From: Anolis carolinensis
Taxonomy: Eukaryota
Direction of reading: 5' to 3'
Length of the DNA: 64,000 bases
Assembly: GCF_035594765.1 (NCBI RefSeq)
Contig: NW_026943823.1
Location: forward strand, 14,508,001 to 14,572,000
Position 1 is the stretch's first letter, and each line of letters begins with the position of its first letter. Under the pieces are notes generated by a model that did not search any database, was not told the origin of the DNA, and was given only the letters and a program-made list of their open reading frames with translations. A program made the position numbers and the translations under genes. Shown here piece by piece: positions 15,230 to 26,206 of the stretch.

Positions 15230-15960
15230 TAATTATTTATCGTGTCCGAAGCGAACTGGGGGTACAGTTGTGATGTATTTAAAAACACATGATACTTAAA
15301 TGTCCTTTGACCAGAAGCTGTCCACTTGGAGTGCCTCTGGTTTTGCTATAAGAAGGTCCTCATTGTGCATGTGGCAGGGCTCAGGCTGCATTGCAATAGG
15401 GGGTCTGTGGATTGCTCCTCTGTAGACCCATTTCTTAAAGTTGGCTCTGCACCTCATGGTGCCAAAGCGCAGCCTGTTCAGCGCCTTCCAAGTCACCCAG
15501 TCTTCTGTGAGCCCAGGAGTTTTTCATCCAATATAAGTCACTGATTTAGTTTCTGGAGCCTCCGATGGTCTAGGGGATAAAAGCCTTGTGACTTGAAGGT
15601 TGGGTTGCTGACCTAAAAACTGCCAGGTTCGAATCCCACCAGGGGAGAGCGCAGATGAGCTCCCTCTATTAGCTCCAGCTCCATGCGGGGACATGAGAGA
15701 AGCCTCCCACAAGGATGGTAAAACATCAAAACATCTGGGCGTCACCTGGGCAACTCGTTGCAGACAACCAATTCTCTCACTCCAGAAGCAACTCTGGTTG
15801 CTCCTGACACACACACACAAAATAGTTTCTGGGGTTTAGCCTGCCACTTTCGGACTCTCGCTTGCTGAGGTGTTCCTTCGAGTATCTCTGTAGATCTTAG
15901 AAATCTATTTCCTCATTTAAGGCGTTGGCATGCTGGCTGATATCCGAACAGGGGATGGGC
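15230..15960 (-). mobile_element. Vingi/Ingi-like LINE 3' fragment with a nested SINE2 (15555-15815, +); related fragment at about 46870-47620
   Basis: TWKALNRLRFGTMRCRANFKKW here and TWKSLNSLRSRVGRSKDNLARW...CDCGAEQT in the second copy match the C-terminal motifs of Ingi/Vingi-type ORFs. Confidence 0.55.
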
Positions 15961-16211
15961 CGGAGATGTCACTGCCTTGTCACTGCCCAAACAGCAGAGT
16001 ATTTAAAAGAACAAAAAGGATACTTAGTAGAGCATTCAGCTCCCAGCAAGTGAAGGCAGTATAGTGAGGCTGTAATATAAGGAATCCTTGAGCTCAGGGG
16101 AGTGAGGTGCTCCTCATTGAGGACTGCAGACTTGAGCAGTGCGAGGTTGAATTCCAATTGTGTCCTCGGTGCCTCGTATTGTAGACACAATAATAATAAT
16201 AATGATGATGA

Positions 16212-16702
16212 TAACTGGTGGGATCCCAAGCCGCAAAAAGTTACAGAGAATGAACATGTCAAGCTACTTTGGGACTTCTGAATTCAGACAGAATTTTGGA
16301 GCACAAGACTCCTGACCTCACAATCATGTTAAAAAACAAAGTATAGATTGTCGATGTTGCAATCCCAGGGGACAGCAGGACTGAAGAAAAACAACTGGAA
16401 AAGCTGACACGATATGAGGACTTAAAGATCGAATTGCAAAGACTCTGGCACAAGCCAGTCAAAGTGGTCCCAGTGGTGATCGACACACTGGGCGCAGTGC
16501 CTAAAAACCTTGGCATGCACTTAAACACAATCGGCGCTGACAAAATTTCCACCTGCCAGCTGCAGAAGGCCACCTTTATGGGATCTGCACGCATTATTCG
16601 CAGATACATCACACAGTCCTAGACACTTGGGAAGTGTCTGACATGTGATCCAATACAACAGTCAGCAGAGTGTCTGCTATGGACTCATCTTGTTGTGTTT
16701 CA
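16212..16702 (+). mobile_element. R4/Dong-type non-LTR retrotransposon 3' fragment (restriction-like endonuclease), embedded in (TAA)n
   Basis: PDLTI...IVDVAIPGDSRTEEKQLEKLTRYEDLKIELQRLWHKPVKVVPVVIDTLGAVPK; (TAA)n on both sides. Confidence 0.75.
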
Positions 16703-16752
<50 letters not shown>

Positions 16753-17812
16753 TAATAAAATCTTTACTTATATTCCGCACAGTCTCCCCAAGGAGACTCA
16801 GGGCGAATTCCAACATACAATGGCAAATATTCAATGCCTCAATGAAACAACAAATACCAACATAAAATCAAGAACCCCCCCCCCCCCATAGGAAAACAAT
16901 ATTAAAACCTAACATCAAATTAAAGCCCAACCCCACCCTGCCACATTTGTGACCTCTCTCTCTCTCTTTGTTTCTGTCTAGAGGAGCCCCTTTGTGATGG
17001 ACCCACCAAGACACCCCTCCCTTGGCTCCCTGGCCATTTGTGCCGTCTAATTCTCATTTGGGACAAGGGCAATCCTGGGAGGAAAGGCAGAAGAGGGCCT
17101 CCTCCTCCTTGCAGTTCTCAGAGGTCCCTTAGCTCTTTCTGGTCCTAGCATGGCCACAGGGGCCCAGAATCTCCACCTGCCCCTCAGCCACCTCCCTGTG
17201 CCCCCACCATCCTGGCAGGACCCATAGCAACTCAGGCCCACTCAATGGGGGTCAGTCCCCAGGTCCCTGATCTGTCCGAGTCTGTAAAGGGTTTAATTGT
17301 GATCTGGACTAAGCCTCGGCCCCTGAGCCCGATTTGTGAGTGGATTTGGCAAAGCTGCAGTGAAAAATTAGAAAGCACGCCTCAGCCTCCCTCTGGCCCT
17401 GTTCTGAGGAGGTGCCTGACCGCCCAGCCTCCCTACTCTCCAACGGGCCCTGCGTGGCCGCCTGAGGTAAGCCCCCCTCCCACCATGGGGTCAGTCGCCA
17501 TGGGGTGCCCCTCTGGGATGGGGAGGGAGGGTGGGGCACCCTCTGGCCAGGCTGTGGGGAGAGCCAGACCCCCAGAAATAGCTCTGCTCCTTTCCCTCCA
17601 TCCTCCTCTTTCCCCCAAGAGGAGGACCAAGGCCCAAGGCAGCAAAGGCCTCTGTGTCAAGCAGTGGTTTTCAACCTGTGGATCCCCAGATGTTTCAGCC
17701 TCCAGCTCCCAGAAATCCTAACAGTTGGTAAATTGGCTGAGGTTTCTGGGAATTGTAGGCAAAACACCTGGGAATCCAGAGGGTGAGAACCAGTGGTGTA
17801 AAGGATGAGGGG

Positions 17813-18071
17813 TTTTTTTTTGTGTCTGTAGCAACCTGAGTCACTTCTGGTGTGAGAGAATTGGCCGTCTGCAAGGACGTTGCCCAGGGGACGCCGAGAT
17901 ATTTTTACCATCCTTGTGGGAGGCTTCTCTCATGTCCCCGCATGGAGCTGGAGCTGATAAAGGGAGCTCATCCGTGATCTCCCCGGGTGGGATTCGAACA
18001 TGGCAGCCTTCAGGTCAGCAGCCCAACCTTCAAGCTACAAGGCTTTAACCCATTATGCCTCTGGGGGCTCC
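17813..18071 (-). mobile_element. Anolis SINE2-like element (another copy at 34407-34668, -)
   Basis: Reverse complement of the SINE2 consensus seen at 13289 and 15555. Confidence 0.7.
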
Positions 18072-18324
18072 AGGAAGTGCCTGGTGGGCTAGGTCAGTTT
18101 TGAGAACGGAAAAGGGGTACCTGCTCTGGGCCAAAGCCTGAAAAAGCTGCACGTGCTTTTCAAAGGGAATTGGAAGAGGAGGAGGAGGCAGCTGGATACA
18201 GGTGGATTCCAGATTCAAAGCCAGAAGCAGTGGGCTGCTGGGGACCTCTTGAAAGCAGGAGGTGGGGAGAGGAGGGCTTCCCAGCAAAGCACCGGCTGCT
18301 GGAGGAGCAGTTGGGGCCTCCTTA

Positions 18325-18900
18325 CATAGAATTACAGAATCATAGACTTGGAAGAGACCCCATGGCTATCCAGTCCAACCCCATTCTGCCAAAAAGCAGG
18401 AAAACTGCATTCAAAGCACCCCCGACAGATGGCCATCCAGCCTCTGCTTAAAAGCTTCCAAAGAAGAAACCTCCACCACACTCTGGGGCACAGAGAGAGT
18501 TCCACTGCTGAATAGCTCTCTCACACAATAAGGAGGTTTTCCCTCATGTTCAGGTAGAATCTCCTTTCTTTCCTGTGGTTTGAAGCTGTTGTTCCATGTC
18601 CTAGTCTCCAGGGCAGTACAAAACAAGCTTGCTCCCTCCTCCCTATGACTTCCCCTCACATCTTGATCCATGGCGCTCATCTTGTCTCCTCTCAGCCTTC
18701 TCTTCTGCAGGCTAAACATGCCCAGTTCTTTAAGCCGCTCCTCATAAGGCTTGTTCTCCAGACCCTTGATCCTTTGAGTCACCCTCCTCTGGACACATTC
18801 CAGCTGGTTGACATCTCCCTTCAATTGCGGTGCCCAGAATTGGACACAGTGTGATTCTAGGCATAGTCTGACCAAGGCAGAAGAGAGGGGTCTGGATCTA
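18325..18900 (-). mobile_element. CR1 LINE 3' fragment
   Basis: HCVQFWAPQLKGDVNQLECVQRRVTQRIKGLENKPYEERLKELGMFSLQKRRLRGD, typical of the CR1 ORF2 C-terminus; (ATTCTRTG)-like tail. Confidence 0.85.
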
Positions 18901-19297
18901 GACACTCTTACCTTCATGTTACTAACCTCGGAGAGAAGACAGGAAGGGGAGGGGTGTTTGGAGACCTTTGTGGTCCATTCTGAGAGCGATTATTAGCTCA
19001 TCTCTCCTCTGGCAAGACCCTCCTCCCTCCCTTTGAAAAAGCAGCTGGCTAGAAGGAAGTGAGCAGAAGGAGAGAGAGGCCATGCCAGGGAAGGGGACAG
19101 GGCATGGGCAACCATGTTGGGACCAGAGGCCAAGCTAGGCCACCATCCACTTGGGCCTCCCAGCATGGATCTTCTAACCCTAGCTGAGCCAGAAAGAGCA
19201 ATTGCCACTGGTGGGGAGCAGAGACTGCTCCTCCAACTTGGATCTGTGTTCTGTGTGTGTTTGGGAGGAAGAGCGCCTGAGGGCACAGCCATATTGG

Positions 19298-19437
19298 NNN
19301 NNNNNNNNNNNNNNNNNNNNNNNNNNNNNNNNNNNNNNNNNNNNNNNNNNNNNNNNNNNNNNNNNNNNNNNNNNNNNNNNNNNNNNNNNNNNNNNNNNNN
19401 NNNNNNNNNNNNNNNNNNNNNNNNNNNNNNNNNNNNN
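19298..19437. other. Assembly gap (others at 26796-26930 and 38338-38508)
   Basis: Runs of N. Confidence 0.99.
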
Positions 19438-19910
19438 CCCACTCAGCATTCAAGGGCCAAGTACAAGTGGGAGAGGGCCCATCACTAAGACAGGGCCATA
19501 CCTCACTCACTCCCAGTTCTGCACATCACTTATTGCCTGAAGAGTCAGAAGAGGTTGCTTCCGCCAAACTGTTTGTGATTCCTACTAGGTTGTGTGTGGG
19601 TTTGGACTTTTCAAAACATAATTTCTAGATATAGATAACGGGGTGGGGGTAGGAAGAGCGCTCTGCATTTTTCTGAAGCCATGGGTCAATCATTAACCCA
19701 GTGCGCCCTCCCCCTCCCTCCTGTCTCCCAGATAAAGCTCTCTCTTCCCTCCCACCCAACTGTTGCCATCTTCCAGCCTTGCTCCAACTGTCCCGAAGGA
19801 GACCGGCCGGCTGTGAAGGCGGCTGCGCCCAAGGAGACTTCGCTCTCTGCAGCCGGGGGGAGGGGGGCAACGAAGGGCGGACGGACAGCTCTTTGAACCC
19901 ACAGGTGGGA

Positions 19911-20621
19911 ATGGCCTCGGTGGGCCTGCAGCTGGTGGGCTACGGCCTGGGCCTGCTGGGCCTGCTGTGCACGGTGATCGCCACGCTCCTCCCCGGCTGG
20001 CGCACCAGTGCCTACATCGGTTCCAGCATTGTGACGGCAGTGGGCTTCTCCAAGGGCCTCTGGATGGAGTGCGCATCCTACAGCACCGGCATCACCCAGT
20101 GCGACATCTACAGCTCCCTGCTCAACCTGCCCTCTGACCTCCAGGCCGCCCAGGCCCTGATGTCCACCTCCATCGCCGTCTCCCTGCTGGCCGCCCTCCT
20201 CTGCGTGGCCGGCCTGCGCTGCACCATCTTTGCCCAGGGCTCTCCGTCCAAGGACTGGGTGGCTGTGGCCGGAGGGGCAGCCTTTGTGCTGGGGGGGCTC
20301 CTGTCCTTCATCCCCGTGGCCTGGAACATCCACGTGGTTCTCAGGGACTTCTATAGCCCTGTGGTGCCCGACAGCATGAAATTTGAGCTGGGCGAGGCCC
20401 TCTACCTGGGCGCCTTGTCCTCCCTGATCTCCATCATCGGGGGGCTCATCCTCTGCGCCTCCTGTCCAGCCCGGGAACATCGATCGCCTGCTGTCCGCTA
20501 CAGCCCCTACCATGCCCAGACAGTGCCCACGCGGAGCCCCCCGCCTGCCACAACAGGGGCAACCCCATTAACAAAGACTAAGAGCGAGTTCAACGCCTAC
20601 AACCTCACTGGATATGTGTAA
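19911..20621 (+). CDS. CLDN2: Claudin-2, single coding exon, 236 aa
   Basis: MASVGLQLVGYGLGLLGLL...GWRTSAYIGSSIVTAVGFSKGLWMECASYSTGITQCDIYSSLL (claudin W-GLW-C-C signature), DFYSPVVPDSMKFELGEALYLG, C-terminal KSEFNAYNLTGYV PDZ ligand. Splice acceptor at 19903-19904 just before the ATG; candidate 5' UTR exon donor GAG|GTAAG at 17466/17467. Confidence 0.96.
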   Translation: MASVGLQLVGYGLGLLGLLCTVIATLLPGWRTSAYIGSSIVTAVGFSKGLWMECASYSTGITQCDIYSSLLNLPSDLQAAQALMSTSIAVSLLAALLCVAGLRCTIFAQGSPSKDWVAVAGGAAFVLGGLLSFIPVAWNIHVVLRDFYSPVVPDSMKFELGEALYLGALSSLISIIGGLILCASCPAREHRSPAVRYSPYHAQTVPTRSPPPATTGATPLTKTKSEFNAYNLTGYV

Positions 20622-23600
20622 AGGCAGGTGGACTGGTGCCTACAGATCCATGACTGCCCAGCCCTCAGCTCACCTGAAGGCACGGGACAGGTAAGCCAGC
20701 AAGGAGGCAGCCGGTCACAGTCCCCCCACTCCCCTATGCCTGTGTTTGCACCCCGCCATTGCCAGGACCTCTTCTTCCTCAATCATCACCTTGGATGGCC
20801 CCTGCCCTCAGAGTTTCTCTGGAAGATCCTGCTTTCCAGCGTGAAAAGAGCTTTCCAGCATGAAAGATGGACGGCTGTCGCAGGATGGGTCTTTGAGGCA
20901 TCAATTTGCTATTGACCTCTATGGTGCGTCTGCCTCATACCCCCCCCCCCATCTTCCAGCATGGATCAGCAGGGCCCCGACACAGGACACAGGCAGGGAT
21001 GCGGCAGATCCCGCAACCAGGATTACTGGGCCCAAGGCTGGTCAATGGTGACTGGAAGGAACTGGTGGGCATTCTTTGGGGAGACTGGAGGTGTGATGGG
21101 TGGGAGGGACAGATTGTGGATTCCAATTGAGCAATGGCTCAGCTGCCCACCCCAGGCTTCCTGATGAGCACAATTAAATTGGGGCAGCCGAATTAGACCT
21201 CTTTTGGTCCCTGGGGTGATGTCCTTCAGTATCAGGGCTCATCTGTAGCAGTAGCCCCTCTTCTGCTTTGCCAGGCTGCCTCCTGCAAGTGGGAAACAGG
21301 CCAAGCTCACAAGGCACAGGGCTCCAGGGCTGGGCTGGATCAAAGTGTGTCCTTTCGCTTAATGACCTCAGCAACCTCTCGCTTTGAAGAGTCACCTGCC
21401 CGCCTACCCTTATTCTCCTGTGGGAGGAGAGCAGGAACAGCCTGGCCTTGGCAGGGAATAACAAACATCATTAGGGAGGAGGGGGGAGGGAGGCCGGTGA
21501 GCTAACTGCCAGGCCCTTCTGCCTCCCACGGATGCTCTGTGTCTCTCCAGGCCTACCAGCACTGCCCGCCATGTTCTTGCCCAAGCCTCAAGGCACCAGC
21601 AGCACTGGCCCCGAAGGGAGAGGAGGAGGCCATGGGAAGCTGAAAGTGCCAGAAGACCTAGCGAGACCCTCACTGTGGGGATAGGGCGAAGGGGTGCCCT
21701 TTCTGGAGAGGGTATTGGGGAGGGAAAGGGTCACTCTGGGTGACTGGATTCATGCCCATCTGCCAACAGCCATCCTCCTCCTCTTCCTTCCATTTCTCCA
21801 AGGGAGCGGGCTGGGTGGGCACCAAAATGCCAAGCCAAGACTGGAGGGCTGCTCTGCGCTGCACCAATTTCCACCCAAAGGCAGTGCGGGCTGGGACCCT
21901 GCCTGCCCCAAGCATGAATCACTTTTCAGTGGTAACAAAAGGGAGGGCATGGAAATGGGGAGGCGGGGTACCAAGAACAGTCCCTAAATACGATCCTGGG
22001 AGGGGGGAGGGCATACGGTGCCATTGCATTGGGAAAGCAGACCCTTCTCATGTGTGTGTTGCCAAAGGCTTTCATGGCTGGAATCACTGGGTTGCTGTGA
22101 GTTTTCTGGGCTGTATGGCCCTGTTCCAGAAGCATTCTCTCTTGATGTTTCACCCACATGTTTGGCAGGTATCCTCAGAGGTAGGAGCTGGGGTGGCACA
22201 ATGGGTTAAACCCTGAACACACCCTGAACTGTTGACCTGAAGGTTGGCTTGTTCTCAAGTTGCTTCTGACATGATAAAAAAAAATCCCCAGAGGTGTGAG
22301 GTCTGTTGGAAACTAGGCCAACAGACACCACACCTCTGAGTTTGCCTGCCATAGGTGTGGGCAAAATGTCAGGAGAGAATGCTTCTGGAACATGGCCATA
22401 CAGTCCAGAAAACTCCCAACAATTCTTCTCATGTGGTTTGGTGGATGGGTGAGCTGAACTGTTGTCAAATAAAGCTGTGAAAACTCTGTCTCCCTCGGCT
22501 CTTCATTGGAAGCCCATGCGGATTGGAAGAGCCCTGGGCATTGATGCCACAGGGAGAGAGCGCATCCTCCGCCATTGCTATTGCTGTGGCAAACTTCCTT
22601 CAAATGGGACGTCATCTAAGGAGATGTTAGCCTTGGAGTACCGCGTGAAAAGATCTCCAGCAATAAAGTCATTTAGATAAATGCCAGGTGACAAGAGTGC
22701 CAAGTTCACTGGTGGCAGCCTTCTCTGTGCCAACCCGTTTGCCAGTCTCTTTTATCCTGCGCAGCAACTCGGGGCTTCCCATTGGAAAGGGCCAGAAGGC
22801 CTCCCCATCCAAGGAACCAGCAGTGCCACCCAGCGGAGGGACCCGGGAATGGCCCTAAAAGGAGGGTGTGGGACAGTGTGGGACAGGGCCCATTTGCTCC
22901 ATGCGCCCAGCTGGCCTTTTGTGCGCTGCCTGAAGAATTGAGGCTCCTGCAGGAGAAACACGCATCCTGTTGGGAAGCAGGCATGAAAGGGTGGTGGCCA
23001 CAAGGGACACAAAGAGGCAGCAGAAGTGGGGCTCTGGAAAAAGTGGTCCCAGAGACCTCCTCTGGGGAGGGGGGTGTATCTTATCGGGCCCTTATTCCAG
23101 TGTAGTTTCGGGTCACTCCCCCTCCTGTCCAGGAAAGCCCTGAGGAGCCTGGTCCAGGATGCAGCTGCCCTCTCTGCCCGCTGCTTGCGCCATCTCCTCC
23201 TCCTCCTCCTCCTCCTCCTCTTCCTCCATCACAGAGGTTCACCGGAGGACAGCACAGCCCCAGTCATGAGCCGTAATTAAAGCAGACAGACAGCAATCCC
23301 TTAATCAGGCGCTCGGCCTTCTCTTTCTCAGCAGCAGAGGAAAGTGTCATGTCTGGAGTTAAAAAAGGAAAGCAAGGAGGAAGTGCTGCTGACGACGCTT
23401 TTAATCAGATTTGCTTTCCTAAGCTCTCCTCACGGCTGACCCCAACCTCCCCAAGAGATGCCTGGACAGGGGCCAGGACAGGGCCAAGGGGAGGGGGGGC
23501 ATAACCAGAGGAAGGGGGACAATGGTCTGTTTCCACCTGAGGCCTCCCTCCTGCGAGTTGAGCCCCCCCCCCCTCCGCCTCCTCCCTCCCCTCCTCCTCT

Positions 23601-23666
23601 GGACAGCTCATGAGTCAAGTCAACCAAAAAACCCAACTAATGCCTGGTCAAAAAAATTACAATATA

Positions 23667-25210
23667 TTGTCGAAGGCTTTAATGGCCGGGATCACAGGGT
23701 TGTTGTATGTTTTCCGGGCTTTATGGCCATATTCTAGAAGTATTCTCTCCTGACGTTTCACCCACATCTATGGCAGGCATCCTCAGAGGTTGTGAGGTAT
23801 GGAGAACCTAAGCAAGGAAGGTTCATATATATATGTGGGAAGTCCAGAGTGAGGGAAGAACTCTTGTCAGTTGGAGGCCAGCATAAATGTTCCAGTTAAT
23901 CACCCTAATTTGCATTGAATGGTTTCATCTACTAGCTACTTTCTGCCTGGGGGCATTCTTTGTTAGCTGCCCCTAGTTCCCATGTCTCAGAGTGTTGCTT
24001 CTTATTTACTGTTCTGAAGCATGTGGACAACTTCAACAGAAAGGAGGAAACCATGAAAATGAACAAAATCTGGCTACCAGTATTAAAAAACTCAAAAATC
24101 AGAACAATAAATAAGAAGCAATACTCTGAGACATGGGAACTAGGGGCAGCTAACAAAGGATGCCCCCAGGCAGGAAATAGCTAGTAGATGTAGCCATTCA
24201 ATGCAAATTAGGGTGATTAACTCCAATGCTTTTGGGGTGGAAAGAAACATTGCCCAGGGGACGCCTGACTGAATTCACTCAATCTTCGGGGAGGCTCTTT
24301 CCGTGTCCCCCGAATTGTATTTGTTGTACAATGCTTTTGACACGAAATAAATAAATAAATAAGGGTGATTAACTGCAACATTTACACTGGCCTCCAACTG
24401 ACAAGAGTTCTTCCCTCACCCTGGACTTTCCACAGATATATATTAACCTTCCTTGCTTAGTTTCTCCATACCTCACAACCTCTGAGGATGCCTGCCATAG
24501 ATGTGGGCGAAACGTCAAGGGAGAATACTTCTCAAACATGGCCATACAAGCCCGGAAAACATACAACAACCCAGTTACAATGTAGTTTAATCACTTCAGG
24601 ACAGAGAGGGGCAAAAGGGAAGAAAGCCCCCGCCCCCATACTGTAATGGCATCTCACCTGGAGAAAAAAGGTGAGGTATAGAGCTGTTTCAACTTTGTGT
24701 TGTCGAAGGCTTTCATGGCCGAGATCACTGAGTTGTTGTGAGTTTTGCGGGCTGTCTGGCCATGTTCCAGAAGCATTCTCTCCTGACGTTTTGCCCACAT
24801 CTATGGCAGGCATCCTCAGAGGTTGTGAGGTCTGTTGGAAACTAGGTAAGTGGGGTTTATATATTTGTGGAAGGTCCAGGGTGTGAGAAAAGAACTCTTG
24901 TCTGCTGGGGAAAGTATGAATGTTATAATTAGTCATCTAGCATGTAATGGCATGGCAGATTCAAGGCCTGGCTGCTTCCTGCCTGGGGAATCCTTCCATG
25001 CTAATCAAGGTGATTAATTGCAACATTCACACTTGCTTCAAACAGACAAAATACTTTCTCCCACCATGGACATTATTTCACAGATATATAAACCCCACTT
25101 GCCTAGTTTCCAATATTCCTCATAACCTCCGAGGATTCCTGCTATAGATGTGGGTGAAATATAAGGAGATAATACTTCTGGAACATGGCCAGACAGCCTG
25201 GAAAACTCAC
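23667..25210. mobile_element. Two Penelope-derived elements with inverted arms (23667-24572 and 24700-25210); similar inverted pairs at 22062-22420, 28047-28682 and 42717-42976
   Basis: Minus-strand pLTR followed by a plus-strand pLTR; the mirror ORFs MLAAPSSHVSE on both strands reflect the inverted repeat. Confidence 0.8.
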
Positions 25211-25551
25211 AGAGTTCCAACTTTCTTAAGCTGCCAATGTTATTTTGCATTTCGAGACCAATGTGGCTCATGGAGGATCCTAGCACCCCAAAATTAGCCT
25301 TCTCACATTTACTCAGCACCCTTTTCAATGGGCCTAGGGGTGGGCTAGGTTCTTCAAATTCTATGAGTCCCCTCCTTCCAGAAAACCAGTAGGGTGGCCC
25401 TGAAGGCAAAGGAAAGGGCTGGTTCTGTTCCTGGATGCTTTGCCATGGCTGCCACAAGCAGAGCAGCAACTGAACGAAGCGGCTACTGGGCCCAAGACCA
25501 CATTCCTCCTCACAAAGACCCAGCAGAGTCAGTCAGAAGCAGCAACTCCTA

Positions 25552-26152
25552 TCAAGAGGGCTGCCCCACATCAGGTCTTTCTCCTGAGAAAACAATCCCC
25601 TCTCTGGATGCAATGGTGCTGCCTGTTCTGTGCTTTTTGCTGTTCTCTGCCACGTCCACACTAGTCAGGTTTTCTTCCTCAGAAGGTGGGGCAGGTGTCC
25701 CAGGACTTGGAATGGGCTCTGGTCGCCCCTTGCTCTTCCCAAACTCAATGACAAGGGGCTTCCCCAGCAAGTGGTATCCACTGGCCAGCTGCAGAGCTGC
25801 CTGGGCCACTGAGATGCCTGAAAGGAGAAGCAGGAGTCAGAGCTCTGGGCGGAGGGGACATCCCTGGGTTCACAAGGGAAGGAGGAAGAGGGCCTTACTG
25901 GGGAAGGTGAGGAAGGCTTGGCCTCGCATGCGTCCGCTCAGGAGGCGGAACCGGATCTGGGGGCCCTCCTTCTCCTGGAACCTGGCAAAGACCGACATAA
26001 GGTCTTCCACCGTCACCTGGCGACTGAGATTCTTCAGGTACAGCACCTAATAACAGAGCCCAAAGGAAACACTGCTGTTGTCAATGTGGCCTACGCTGAG
26101 GAAGGGCAGCCTGCTCCCTTGACTGCATGCACCACACTCCTAGCAGGGAACA

Positions 26153-26206
<54 letters not shown>

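Noticed and set aside
19701-19910. 70-aa N-terminal extension of claudin-2
   Set aside because: Begins at GTG and lies upstream of a splice acceptor; claudin homology begins at ATG 19911.
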